Origin: Histomonas meleagridis 2922-C6/04-290x
Taxonomy: Eukaryota > Protista > Parabasalia
Assembly: GCA_020184695.1 (NCBI GenBank)
Contig: JAANOX010000243.1
Span: 248,001-312,000, forward strand
Direction of reading: 5' to 3'
DNA: 64,000 nucleotides
In this document: positions 45,709 to 57,332 of the stretch, in pieces
How the letters are laid out: every line of letters begins with the position of its first letter
Position numbering within the stretch: position 1 is the stretch's first letter
Notes under the pieces: generated by a model
The model's database searches: none
What the model saw: the letters and a program-made list of their open reading frames with translations, nothing else
Told to the model about the DNA's origin: nothing
Program-made: the position numbers and the translations under genes

Positions 45709-46302
45709 ATGGGGAACAAAGGAAGCAAGGTAAAAATCAAAAGGACAAAACTTACCAAGAAATTAATCAACAAGCTTGTTGCAGAAACACATTTCACTGA
45801 AGATGAAATAAAGGTTTTATTTAAGAGATATGAAGAACTCAGTAAATTGGACCATGACGATGGAGTCATTGATATGGAAGAGTTTAAGCAAGCACTAGGC
45901 CTCAAAAGTGTTGGGTTTGCTCAAAGAATTTTTGCTGCTTTCGATAACGACAATAGTTCAACTATTGACTTTGAAGAATACGCAAGAGGCCTCTCTGCTA
46001 TTTGCCCAAGAGCTAGTGTTTCTGAAAAGGCCAAATTCTGCTTTGGACTCTTTGATATTGATGGAAATGGAACAATCGAAAGAGAAGAACTTAAAATCGT
46101 ATTATCTCTCAGTCTAAGGGAAAATGGGTCCGTGAAATTTACATCAGATCAGCTCAATCAAGCAATTGAAACAACATATCGTCAAATTGATCAAGATGGA
46201 AATGGAGTTATTTCCTTTGAAGAATTCCAAAATGCAGCGCAAGCAAATCCACAAATCTTAGATTGCGTTAATGTTGATGTTCAATGGCTCCTTTCAAACT
46301 AA
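45709..46302 (+). CDS. Calcineurin B-like EF-hand protein
   Basis: MGNKGS myristoylation-type start; EF loops DHDDGVIDMEE, DNDNSSTIDFEE, DIDGNGTIEREE, DQDGNGVISFEE. Confidence 0.93.
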   Translation: MGNKGSKVKIKRTKLTKKLINKLVAETHFTEDEIKVLFKRYEELSKLDHDDGVIDMEEFKQALGLKSVGFAQRIFAAFDNDNSSTIDFEEYARGLSAICPRASVSEKAKFCFGLFDIDGNGTIEREELKIVLSLSLRENGSVKFTSDQLNQAIETTYRQIDQDGNGVISFEEFQNAAQANPQILDCVNVDVQWLLSN

Positions 46303-46796
46303 TTTCATCCACCATCAAACTCTCATGAATAAACTTTATTTTCTTATTTTATGCATTATGTTACACTCGTTTGTATTTTAAATGCAAAATTTGAGATCTG
46401 CAAAGGAAAAACGTTAGCCACAATCGCAAAAACGTTTTTGATGGGTTCAATTTTTGAATGAAAACACGATGATTTTTAATTCATTCGACTCTATCGTTTT
46501 TATTCCCCAACGCTGATTTCAAATATCACATTTAAAAAGAATTTAAAAGGAATAAAAGACCGAAGTTTTCTGCAATTTGCAACTCATTTACAGAGAAGTA
46601 CTATTTTTTCCAAAGAAAATTCTAAAAGAAAAAGATGGAAACTCCAGCGTGACCATCAAACCTCATTTGACAGAGAATTATTTGTTCAAAAAGTTCTATC
46701 GTTTTTCTGAATTTTGCTTCATTTTGGTTATTGCGTTTCAAAAAGCTTCCTACGAACTTTTTCACAAATAACCGTAAATTTATCATTTCGTTCATT

Positions 46797-47891
46797 ATGT
46801 CCGACGGGAAACTCTTTCCTTTAGCTCATATTGTAGCTGTTGAACCATACGACCCACCTAATCGGCTATGGCATGTGCCTAATGTTCATGCAGGTTACTG
46901 CCCTGGCTGCGAAACAAAGATTGAAAAAGATGTTTTAACATATGCAGGACATGACTGGCATCCAGAATGTTTCAAGTGCAGTCTTTGCAATCAACCATTC
47001 CAAACTGATAGCTGTGTACAAAAAGATGATTTAATTCTTCATCCAAAGTGTTTTAAGCAATGTTTCTCTGAACGTTGTGCCAAATGCACACGCCTTATTA
47101 ACCCTAAGAAAGTTGTTCAAGCCATGGGTAAGAACTTCCATGCAAAATGTTTCACATGCATGAGATGCGGTGATCAAAATATACAACAAACCAAATTTAA
47201 TGCTCTTTATCATTTCCCATATTGTAATCATTGCTTCGAAGAACTTTCTGAATACTTCCCTAAGTGTTTGGTTTGCAAGAAAGTTATTACCCCATCACAA
47301 GAACGAAAAGAATTCTTCTTCCAAGGTAAGAAACACTTTGTTCACTTCCCTGACTGCTTCCGATGCATTTATTGCCCAACCAATCTTACGCCAGCTCAAT
47401 GTTGTGTTTATAATGATCGACTCGTTTGCAAACATTGTTACGAGACAGGTATGTCACGTATATGTGCGTCCTGTAATGAGCCTATTTTCGATCAAGGTAA
47501 CAAAATGGAAGATATTTGGTGGCATACAATACATTTTCAATGTTCTGTCTGTAGTCAACCATTAAAACCAAACACTTGTGTCTTTAACGCAGGTATTCTC
47601 AAGTGTAAATCATGCTCTTCTGAAGATAGAGTTCGATGTCCTGAATGCGGTCGTCCAATTATGGAGAAAGGAAAACGTGCATGTGGCTTCTTATGGCATC
47701 CTGAGTGTCTTAAGTGTAAATATTGCATGGAACCATTAGGATTTAAAGGTGCTAAGTTTACAAATATCGGCGGAAAGCCATGTTGCAGAAAATGCTTAAA
47801 GAGATTACAAGAAGAAGGTAAGATAGATGAGAAAGGTAACCTTAAGATTAGGCATCGTCATCATCATAAGTCATCAGACTCATCATCTTAA
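46797..47891 (+). CDS. Multi-LIM-domain protein
   Basis: About 5 repeats of CxxC...HxxCxxCxxC...CxxC. ATG preceded by a TCATT initiator. Confidence 0.93.
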   Translation: MSDGKLFPLAHIVAVEPYDPPNRLWHVPNVHAGYCPGCETKIEKDVLTYAGHDWHPECFKCSLCNQPFQTDSCVQKDDLILHPKCFKQCFSERCAKCTRLINPKKVVQAMGKNFHAKCFTCMRCGDQNIQQTKFNALYHFPYCNHCFEELSEYFPKCLVCKKVITPSQERKEFFFQGKKHFVHFPDCFRCIYCPTNLTPAQCCVYNDRLVCKHCYETGMSRICASCNEPIFDQGNKMEDIWWHTIHFQCSVCSQPLKPNTCVFNAGILKCKSCSSEDRVRCPECGRPIMEKGKRACGFLWHPECLKCKYCMEPLGFKGAKFTNIGGKPCCRKCLKRLQEEGKIDEKGNLKIRHRHHHKSSDSSS

Positions 47892-48062
47892 TAAACAATG
47901 AAAGAGAGCAATTTTTTGTAAATTTTTCAAACATGGAAATTTGATGCGATTAAATTTTTTTGATGAGTTTTAATTTTAGAATTGATTTCTGTCTGATAAC
48001 AATTCGTTCAAAATGATTCTTTATAAGTTTGAGCAATTGGTACTATAAAATATAATTATGTT

Positions 48063-48232
48063 GAAATTGATTTTATTTCGGAAACTATTTAAACTGTTTA
48101 ATACAGTATATATGATTGCATCTCAAAAAGGTTTTCCAGAAATTGTTAAATTGCTTCTTGAACAAAAAGGGATGAATGTTAAAAATTTATTTGTTTCATA
48201 TAATATTTATTCAAATAATTTGAAATTTTATT
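48063..48232 (+). pseudogene. Single ankyrin repeat remnant flanked by the same 17-nt units
   Basis: 17nt-GGA-17nt-AAT-ACA GTA..., then after the repeat 17nt-AAT-17nt-GAA. Confidence 0.75.
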
Positions 48233-48420
48233 CAAAGAAGGCCTTCGCGTCCAGCAACAAGCCCGGCATTCAGCAGGTCGTCGTCCACCAGTCGATGGGA
48301 GACTCCCAACGTCACCGTCAACGTGTACCCCGTCATCACTGCCTCCCTCTGCAAGACAAAGGACATCAACTTCTTCAAGCAGACCATCTTCCTCACCAAC
48401 CCAGAGCGCTCCTTCAAACT
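48232..48420 (+). other. GC-rich coding-like insert of unknown origin
   Basis: Abrupt GC increase with C-ending codons (NVYPVITASLCKTKDINFFKQTIFLTNP frame). Confidence 0.6.
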
Positions 48421-48848
48421 GCTTGTATGATTGTATCAACAAATCATCAGAGTCAAATTGAAAATTATTTGTTACTAGCACAAAGTGAGTGTTTGATATA
48501 TTAAAAAAAATTATTTAGTAAACTACTTTTATTTTAATTTAAAATATTTCATCAAAAAAGAAAATGAATATATTTTTTTTCATAAAGCAATATGAAATTA
48601 ATTAATTTGCAAATTATTTATCATTTATACCTCATCATTTATAACATAATTATGTTATAACTTAATGTCTGGTACACTTGGTTATTTCCACTTTCGAAAA
48701 TTCGAATTTTCAAATTTTTATGATTCAACACCCCTCCCCCACACACAATATCATTCAAATTTTGCCAAAATTTAATATCAAAAAGTTTCTGAAATTTCTT
48801 TCAAATAAACGTTTTCTGGCTAAAATTTTTGTTCAGTTCATTTCTAGT

Positions 48849-50846
48849 ATGTTGGCTCAGAGAATTGAAGCAATTGTTTATGATGAATTAGAAGAAGATA
48901 CTATTGAACCAGCAGCTAAGGAAGTAATGAGTTTATTTGATAGAAAAAATCCTACAGCATTTAATTTGTATGTCTGTAGAGTTCTATATACTTCATATGT
49001 TTCTCAATCTAAAAGAGCAATAGTGTATATGCTATTTCTAGAGAAACTTGAAAAGATGGAAAAAGGATTTTTTAAAGGAAAATCAATCATCAAATTATTT
49101 TCTCTTTTATTGCAAAACCTTAAAACTTATGAAGCATCTTTTCTTATTGAAGCTCTTATTGATAATGGTTTAGTTGATCCAAGAACAATTAAATCAAATC
49201 CAACATTATTATTAGCACATACTGAACCAGAAGAAGCCATCGTGAAATTAAAACATACGCCCCGTTATAATTTTAGGGGTTATGGTAGTGCTTATTATGA
49301 TGGTTGGGGATATATTGTACAACAATTAGAATGCTCTCCATTTATCAATCAATTTGTTTCCAACAAAGAAAATTTGATCAAAGACAACTTCAAACTCCAT
49401 AAAGAACTTGTTCATGAAGGAGTTAATCCAAATGAATTTGCGCAAATAATTCGAAATGATGATATAGAAAAACTTCAAGAAATATCATCAAAAAATAATT
49501 TCGATTTTAATCAAACAATAGAACCATCACTTTATGAAAGGTATTCTTTTATTAATAATGATGAAGTTACATTAATTGATTATGCAGCATTTTTTTCTTC
49601 TGTTAAATGTTTTAAATATTTACTTATGAATGGTGCATACATATCTTCAAGTAAATATGCAATTGCAGGCGGAAATCTTGAAATCATTCATATATGTGAA
49701 CAAAATCATTCATCATTTGAAGATTCATATGACACAGCAATCCAATTCCATCGAAATGATATCTTTCGTTATCTTTATGAAAATAAATTAGAAGAAATTA
49801 ACGATTTAGGAAAATTGGGAAAAAAATGTATTTATTATAATAACTTTGAAATTTTCTCATTCTTAAAAGAAGAGGGAATGAAAATGAACAATTTATTATA
49901 TGAAAGCCTTTGTACTTTATCGAAAGTTCTTTTCTTACCCGAACTAATTCTGTTTTGTACTGAGACAATTAATGAATTCCAACAGAATTTTTTCAGTTAC
50001 ACAATTAAATATTTCATTAATGAATTTCAAGATGAGAAAATTCTTCAATTCTTTATTCAAAACATTGAAATATTCGAATTTTTAAATAATTTTTCTTTTC
50101 GTTTTACAAATAATGAATATTCTTTTAAAGAACGTTATACTTTTTTAGGTTATGTCATTCAATGTGATAACATAGAACTCGTAAAATATCTTATTGATCA
50201 ACCAAATATTAATTTATTTTTTGGATATCATTCAAAAAAATCAAATACATTCACGGAACGAACTTGTTTAGCATTGGCAATAGAAAATCATAACATGGAA
50301 ATTGTAAAATTATTAGTTGGCACAGGAAAATATAAACAATTCAGGGATACAGGCGATGGTTTTTTTGGTAGTGATAATGGAATTGCTGAATATGTTGATA
50401 TATATTCTAAAAAAATAGATGAAAATTATAGAATCGATTATATCCATTTTTGTGAAGAATGTGAAGCTTTTGAAATAAAGGAATATTTGGAAAAATTCGA
50501 AGAAAAGAAAAATAAAATTACTATCGTAAAGGCATTAATTTTATATCTAAATGAAATTTTAGATAAACAAAAAGAAAATGAAAAGAAACTAAAAACAAAT
50601 CATGAAAATATAAAAATAAAAAATAAAAAAGATGCGGATTTAATTGCGGCTTTAAATAAGAAGAAAAACAAATCACAAAAAAATACACAAAGAAAAAATA
50701 ATAATAACAAAAATAATAAAATTTCACATACAATTGACGTTATAAATAAATTTAGCACTATTGAATTTGATGTTCCATTTTATTTGAATCAAATTCCTAG
50801 TGCTTTAAATAAATTAAATGAAAAACTGAATGAACTAGAACAATAA
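48849..50846 (+). CDS. DUF3447-type ankyrin-repeat protein without 17-nt units
   Basis: LIDYAAFFSSVKCFKYL, AIAGGNLEIIHICEQ, degenerate ankyrin repeats, uninterrupted ORF. ATG at 48849. Confidence 0.88.
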   Translation: MLAQRIEAIVYDELEEDTIEPAAKEVMSLFDRKNPTAFNLYVCRVLYTSYVSQSKRAIVYMLFLEKLEKMEKGFFKGKSIIKLFSLLLQNLKTYEASFLIEALIDNGLVDPRTIKSNPTLLLAHTEPEEAIVKLKHTPRYNFRGYGSAYYDGWGYIVQQLECSPFINQFVSNKENLIKDNFKLHKELVHEGVNPNEFAQIIRNDDIEKLQEISSKNNFDFNQTIEPSLYERYSFINNDEVTLIDYAAFFSSVKCFKYLLMNGAYISSSKYAIAGGNLEIIHICEQNHSSFEDSYDTAIQFHRNDIFRYLYENKLEEINDLGKLGKKCIYYNNFEIFSFLKEEGMKMNNLLYESLCTLSKVLFLPELILFCTETINEFQQNFFSYTIKYFINEFQDEKILQFFIQNIEIFEFLNNFSFRFTNNEYSFKERYTFLGYVIQCDNIELVKYLIDQPNINLFFGYHSKKSNTFTERTCLALAIENHNMEIVKLLVGTGKYKQFRDTGDGFFGSDNGIAEYVDIYSKKIDENYRIDYIHFCEECEAFEIKEYLEKFEEKKNKITIVKALILYLNEILDKQKENEKKLKTNHENIKIKNKKDADLIAALNKKKNKSQKNTQRKNNNNKNNKISHTIDVINKFSTIEFDVPFYLNQIPSALNKLNEKLNELEQ

Positions 50847-52038
50847 ATAAAAATATTAATTTTTTTTTTTTTAAATTAAATTGCAACGATAGAATAAAAT
50901 GAATGGGAAATAATCGGAATTGTATTCAAAAAATGAAGTGTTTGTCAAAACTTGAAGTAAAATCATTGATCGTGCAAATAAAACATTCTCGTTGAGAACA
51001 TTATGACATTTCTCACTCATTAAAAAAATATTTCGTGTTTACGCTTTGATGTGCTTTATGAGTATAATGCTCCATGCGATTCCTTCGATGGGTAACTTCT
51101 TCACCAATTTGCTTATTGACTTTTCGATGACAACTCTCTGTGTGTAGCTTGGTTTCTCGTTGTTATCCTCTCCGATTCTTATCAATTCTATTCTTCATGC
51201 GCCATTAAGTCCTTCAATGTGATTACTCAATCTGCTTCCCTTCTTCTTTTGCGTAAGCGGTACTACATCCACTAGGTCGCCTTCAATGCTCCGCTTGGCA
51301 ACTTCTTATTGTTGCATAAAATGATTAAATATTTTGTGGATTTGATTACTTTAGACTTGGTATCAATGCTACCAATGATTTTAACTTTCGATTGGTATAA
51401 ACCAGATTCAGTATTCACTGGAACAAGTTCTTTACCTTTATTTATCATTATATCAATAGTTTTTTCACCTGATGGAATAGCACCAGAGGGTTGTGTCTTA
51501 GCATTGTATTCAAATAATATTGCCTTCTGGATATGCATATGTTGATGTGAGTACTTTATCATTCTCTTTACCTTTGAGAACAAATTGTAACTTAAGTTTA
51601 TCACCATATTTTAAGTCATTTGTTACAATTTTATCGCCTTCAGCAATGAATGTCGTGCTTACTTTAATGAAACATTCCTTCTCTTGTTGTAATAGAATTG
51701 GTTCATTTTATTCTGAGTTAAATAAGGAGTTAACCATCCTGTTGAGATATCTAAGTTCTCATTAACATATAACTTTATATCTTTTGATACTTTAACATAG
51801 CCATCAATAGTTTTAATAACTGAATCGCCAATTAATACACAATATTGTGTATCGAAATTAACCAAATATTATGAAAGACCTACACATAAAAAAAAGGTGT
51901 AATCATTCAGAAATGAATAATTCAGATGGTGGAATTTTGAAGAGTTCTTTCGATAAGAATATTTGTAAAACAAAATTGTTTTTTTTTATAATGCAAAATT
52001 AAAAGTCAAAATGTTAAACCAAAGCTATTTTTTATTTG

Positions 52039-52920
52039 TTAATATCCTAAATCGCGGCATAAAGTGAGTGGAATCACTTTTGAAGCCTTTGATCCACCTT
52101 CAAAATAAATTGTTACTTTCAAGTCAACCTTAAAACCAAACAAACTTGTATCTATTTGGGGTACGATTGAAAACCTTATCCATTCCATACTTATTGGCAA
52201 TTTAATTCCAAATGGTGGATTAGATTCTGCGATTTGAATTAGTCCTACTTCTGTATGTCCTATTATTGGGTTCGACTTATCTGTTTTGACGGTCTCAGTT
52301 CTGTAATACGAAGTAAAGCAATACAGAATCGGGCTTTCGGAGCCAGTGATTATCACATAACCGCGCGGCGGTTTTGTAAACGAGATAACGTTCGTTTTGA
52401 GGTGCACTTTTGCATGGAACTTAACGGCTTTCCCTTTGATGATGTCTTTTTCGTCCATGGTGACATCAACGGGTTCACCTTTAGGGAGTGGCGCTGGTGG
52501 GAAAATTAAGAAAAAGGTACGTGAACTTGTAAAGTCAGATGAAAAAACACCACGTTTGATTGATAACTCAACAAAATAATCAACACTGACATATTTCCCA
52601 CGAACACTTTCAGTAAGTTTGCTTCCTTTGGGTACTGTAAATTCAAAAGAAAAATTATATCCATTTTCAATAACATTTGGAAATTTATGTTGTATTGGTG
52701 AATGGTAAATGGTGTTTTCTGGAGTGTGAGGAATTTGACTGTCATATCCGGAAAGCCCATGACCTTTGGGATTTATTGTTCTTACACCAAAAATATTGAA
52801 CGAAATTTCTTTCGCTCGAATTGGTTCTGTGGTTTCTATACTACATGTGCAGGTGATTTTGTCGTTAAAGAAATATGTACGTGATAATTTGTCAAAGGTG
52901 AAAGTCGCTTTTGAAGTCAT
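52039..52920 (-). CDS. Vps26/DSCR3-like arrestin-fold protein
   Basis: LTESVRGKYVSVDYFVELSIKRG resembles the VPS26C LYETYHGVFVNIQY segment; size 293 aa. Confidence 0.7.
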   Translation of the reverse strand: MTSKATFTFDKLSRTYFFNDKITCTCSIETTEPIRAKEISFNIFGVRTINPKGHGLSGYDSQIPHTPENTIYHSPIQHKFPNVIENGYNFSFEFTVPKGSKLTESVRGKYVSVDYFVELSIKRGVFSSDFTSSRTFFLIFPPAPLPKGEPVDVTMDEKDIIKGKAVKFHAKVHLKTNVISFTKPPRGYVIITGSESPILYCFTSYYRTETVKTDKSNPIIGHTEVGLIQIAESNPPFGIKLPISMEWIRFSIVPQIDTSLFGFKVDLKVTIYFEGGSKASKVIPLTLCRDLGY

Positions 52921-53159
52921 TCACTTGCAAAATGACATTTTTAAAAGTTCTGAAAAAAAATGACATTCCATATTGCAGCATTTGAAATCTTATTCAAAGT
53001 TAAAATTGAAGTGAAAAAATTTTTGTTAAATAACATAATGCTTTTCAAGTATGTTCTCTTTCTTAAGAACAAAGATTGGTGTTAATTCCTCAAAAAATTT
53101 AAACAAAACTTGGATTCTTTCTCAGTTGACTAAATTCACCCTAAGAAAAAAACAAAAAA

Positions 53160-53231
53160 TGGAAGTATGGGGGATTGAACCCCAGGCCTCCACTATGCTA
53201 AAGTGGCGCTCTCCCACTGAGCTATACTCCC
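53160..53231 (-). tRNA. tRNA-Ala(AGC)
   Basis: Acceptor GGGAGTA/TACTTCC with G3:U70, D arm GCTC/GAGC, anticodon loop TTAGCAT, T loop TTCAATC, downstream oligo-T. Confidence 0.96.
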
Positions 53232-53757
53232 TTCGAATATTTTTTTCGAATATTAAATATAGTATTAATTTTTAAATCATCGAAGTTTAACCGCAATTAC
53301 CCCATGAAAAAAATGAATTAAATTCAAGATAAAAAAGAAATTTATATTTCATCTATTTCCAACCGACTTGGAATCAATTTCAGATCATTTACGTATCTTC
53401 CTACAGACCCATCCAATTCCCATCGGAATATATAATCACATTTCATACAGCTGTACAAATTCCATTTTTTCCTTTTATTTCTCATAAGCAATTAGTACAA
53501 TCGAATGTGTTTCAAGTGGTGTACGATAATTTATAAAGAAAATTATGTTGAAAACAAAGATTGCATTACAAATTTTTTTACAAATTTTCTACTTCCTTGA
53601 ATTAAATTGCATTGAAAATATTTAACAAATTCTTTTGTAATAAACAACTTAATTACCTATTTCAACAAAAGGAAAAGAACACTTTATAAAGACGTTAAAC
53701 AAGTCACCACTTCACTTCACATAATTTCAAAAATTTGAGTGTGTTAAACTTTTTTGA

Positions 53758-54738
53758 GTGAAGCCGCTGAACAAATGGCAGTTTCAAAGAATTTTTCTGT
53801 GTGATTGTATCGTCTCTCTTTCAAATGATTTGAAAAGTTTTTGGGATTTTTTTGTTTTGAATCCAAAGAGAGTCGCTTGCCTTGAACTTGGTGGTACAAG
53901 TGCTGCTGTTGCCATCGCAGAAACAGTTGGTACATTCTTGTGGAAAGTAAAAGGAATAAATACTGCTGCTCCTCGAGATCCACATGAAGCTGTCAAAGAA
54001 ATTGCTGACACACTTAAATCAAGTAATATGGAATTTCAGTCCATTGGAATTGCCTCCTTTGGTCCAATAGATGTTCAAAAAGGCTGCATTTCAAATACAC
54101 CCAAACCAAATTGGCGCAACTTTCCAATCGTTTCTGAGCTTCAAAAGTACTTCCCAGGTATACCAATTTACTTTGAGACAGATGTTAATGCTCCAGCTTA
54201 TTCTGAATATTTGGCACTTCATGAAATTGATTCATCTGTTCAAGCTGTTTCTTATTTAACCATTGGCACAGGTGTTGGATTAGGTGTTTATAGCGATGGC
54301 AAAACTTATCACGGAATTATGCATCCAGAATTTGGTCATATCAAATTACAAAAGAAAGAAGGTGATACATACAAAGGCCTCTGTCCATTCCATGGCGACT
54401 GTCTAGAAGGCATTATTTCAAGCAATGCCCTTGCTCAACGTCTTGGTATTGATCACTCACAACTTCCAACAATTTCCAATGACAATCCAGTCTGGGATAC
54501 TTTAGCATTCTATATCGGAGAAGCTGCATCTATTGCAGCTTTATGCTATTCTCTTGATCATTTCGTTGTCGGTGGTGGAATTGTCACAGGTGATGGAAGA
54601 GAATTCATAATAGAAAAGGCAAATGAATATTGCAAACAAATACTCAACGGCTATATCGTTGCTCCGGTAATTTGCTTACCGAAGCACTTGAAAGATGCTG
54701 GGCTTGTCGGAGCTGCAGCAATTGCATTGAATCAATAA
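53758..54738 (+). CDS. ROK-family fructokinase (bacterial type)
   Basis: LELGGT, FETDVNAPA, YLTIGTGVG, HPEFGH, CPFHGDCLEG. No in-frame ATG upstream of the first motif, so the start is unresolved. Confidence 0.9.
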   Translation: MKPLNKWQFQRIFLCDCIVSLSNDLKSFWDFFVLNPKRVACLELGGTSAAVAIAETVGTFLWKVKGINTAAPRDPHEAVKEIADTLKSSNMEFQSIGIASFGPIDVQKGCISNTPKPNWRNFPIVSELQKYFPGIPIYFETDVNAPAYSEYLALHEIDSSVQAVSYLTIGTGVGLGVYSDGKTYHGIMHPEFGHIKLQKKEGDTYKGLCPFHGDCLEGIISSNALAQRLGIDHSQLPTISNDNPVWDTLAFYIGEAASIAALCYSLDHFVVGGGIVTGDGREFIIEKANEYCKQILNGYIVAPVICLPKHLKDAGLVGAAAIALNQ

Positions 54739-55172
54739 GTAAACTTCAAAAAAGACTTTTGAAATTATTCAAATCTCAAATAACGCTAACAAAAACCTCA
54801 TGTGGCATGTTGAAAAACTTGAAAATTATGTAATTTATTCAATTTTTACCGACTTTTTGAACCGAGGAGTGGCTGTAAAAAGTGTCGTTTTTATTGTGCC
54901 ACTTTTGTATAAATGTGTAGCTAATCTCTTTCTAAAAAATAAAAACCGATGGATATTTTTGACTTAATACTTTGTAAGCATGCATATAGTAAACAAATAA
55001 AAGAACGTTTTATAACATTTGATTTATGACAAAAGTTGAGAATCATAAAGAAAATTTCACAAGATCAATGTGAAAATGAAAAATTTTTCAAGACAAAAAT
55101 TTACATTTCATATTTTATCAACAACATTTGCATATTATAATAATAGTTTTATTATGAAAATATTGATATCAA

Positions 55173-56474
55173 TCACATTACAGCGAATCGACTCGGCGTC
55201 ATTCTCTTTCTTTCATGGATAATGAAGACAGGCAACAAAACCAAAAACGAAATCACATTTGCCAAAATAAGAACCGGGAACATCAGCGCAGGCTTTTCGT
55301 CAATTTCTATTTCACCAGCCTGGCTCAGCATTGCTCCTATTGTCCAGGAAAGGTCGACTCCATTTATATCATCATGTTTCGCAACCTTTGTTTTTCTTTC
55401 TTGGAACCCCAAACCTTCGGCGAGCATATTCCATTGGTACACCGAAGCAAAGCAATATGTTAATACATATTCATCATTGCCATATGTCTTGGAAAGGTCA
55501 TTCCAATTCTTCTTACAGAATTCTTGCGACTTATCTTTCAGTTCGTCAAGTGATGATGCAGCTGTTAAGTTGAAGAACGAATTTATGTAATAAAAAGAAG
55601 CCATTGCGACAAACGAATTCGTTTTCTCGAGGCTGGGAATTTCAACAGAGCTAAAGGGTGAAGCTTGAAGAAGTATCTCTTGAATGAAAGTAGAACACTT
55701 ACCAAAGTCACCGGTGCCAACAAATGAGATTCCATGATAACTTCCATTGTATCCATTGTTATAACATGGATGCTCAAAAGGTTTCCCTGATGAACCAAAA
55801 ACAGCATACAATGAACGTGTGATGGACTTTAATGCTTCGTTAGCACCATAGCCAAGATAAGAATGTGCATATATATTTATGCGCTTATCACCAATCGTGA
55901 CTGTATGAACTGGAGATTGTTGATCTGAGACCTCAAGAGCAACTTGGAATGATGCACCTCCCATATCAAGGGCACCAACAGTTGGGTTCTTATGAACGAA
56001 ATTTCCAAGAAGATGATTGACTGACAGCCATCCATATATGCCTTCCTCTATACCGCTGATAATGCGAATATAGTTTGGCTTCACTTTGAAAGGGGAGCTT
56101 TTGATTAAATATCTATATGTTGTGCCAATAACCATTTCTTGTTCTAAATCTGTTAGAAGACGCATACCTGCAGTGGCATAAACAAAAATTCTTGTTTTTG
56201 GTAAGTATGCTGGTGGGATATGTTTTATACAAAAAGAAATGATTTGATTAAAAATTACTGGAATAAGGGTCATATTTTTTGCAGATTTTGCAATAGGAAT
56301 TTTAATTTTGATAAAGCATGGTTTCCCACCTTCTGAAACTGGCTGTACGTTGGGAAATTCATCTGAAGAATCCCATTGATAAATATGAGCCCTTGTTCCA
56401 GAACTTCCGGCGTCAATCATAATTCCATAACGTAGTTTCTGGAAGCACCTGGAAAAGAAAATAAAAAAGAACAT
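55173..56474 (-). CDS. GDA1/CD39-family apyrase (NTPDase)
   Basis: ACR1 DAGSSGTR, ACR3 ISGIEEGIYGW, ACR4 DMGGASFQ, ACR5 SWTIG, hydrophobic termini. Confidence 0.95.
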   Translation of the reverse strand: MFFFIFFSRCFQKLRYGIMIDAGSSGTRAHIYQWDSSDEFPNVQPVSEGGKPCFIKIKIPIAKSAKNMTLIPVIFNQIISFCIKHIPPAYLPKTRIFVYATAGMRLLTDLEQEMVIGTTYRYLIKSSPFKVKPNYIRIISGIEEGIYGWLSVNHLLGNFVHKNPTVGALDMGGASFQVALEVSDQQSPVHTVTIGDKRINIYAHSYLGYGANEALKSITRSLYAVFGSSGKPFEHPCYNNGYNGSYHGISFVGTGDFGKCSTFIQEILLQASPFSSVEIPSLEKTNSFVAMASFYYINSFFNLTAASSLDELKDKSQEFCKKNWNDLSKTYGNDEYVLTYCFASVYQWNMLAEGLGFQERKTKVAKHDDINGVDLSWTIGAMLSQAGEIEIDEKPALMFPVLILANVISFLVLLPVFIIHERKRMTPSRFAVM

Positions 56475-57332
56475 GGACTACTTTTCTTTGATAGGCCCTA
56501 TGAAACCTTTTGGTTGGACAAATCAACGATACGAAAGTGCTAATTTTGCCATGTGTTCAATTTTGTGTTTCATTGCATTTTTAATTTAAATTACAATTTC
56601 AAAAAAGAACTTATGACAAATTATTGATATTTATTAAATAATTAAATTCTTTTTTATATGTTGTTTAGAAAGTCATTTAAAGGAAGCATATATGTGCTAA
56701 GATAAGATGTAGAAATCTTTCTAATTGCTTTTGGTTAGCGATATTTTGATATCTAAATGGAATATATTCGAAAGCATATACCAGTATGTATAATAATTTT
56801 GGTGAGATTCGAGAATCGATGCATGTATTATTTTTGTTATGATGTCTAACTTCCTAACATTACGATTGTTATTAATTTTAATTGTAAATATTTAATATTA
56901 ATTATATTAATTTTTCACACATGATTCGAATCAAAAATTACGATATTTAAATTATGTAATTTCTTTATATTCATTCCATGTAATCACGTAAAGGAGTCTT
57001 ACTTTAACAGATAATGAAGATTTTGGTTATAGCCTAGTTCTTATGTATGTTAATTTAAATATGTTATATGATTATTGACAATTAGATACAATAAAAATGT
57101 TCGATTAAGTATTATAACATGACGACATTCCATTAATATAAAGTTAATGGAAATCAGAAAAGGATAAATTGACATAACTATGATATTTGTATAATTAATT
57201 GACAATTGTATTGGTTTTGATTTACCCAAATCATTAAAGACAATATTGTTGTAAATATTTTGAAATTAAAGGAAAAATTAATCAAAAAATAACAACAGCA
57301 TATACACATATAAAACATTTACAAACAAAATT

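Noticed and set aside
50990-51870. Minus-strand fragments with PSG motifs as a viral RdRp or reverse transcriptase relic
   Set aside because: No GDD/YxDD motif or correct motif spacing. It looks like an unassignable pseudogene.
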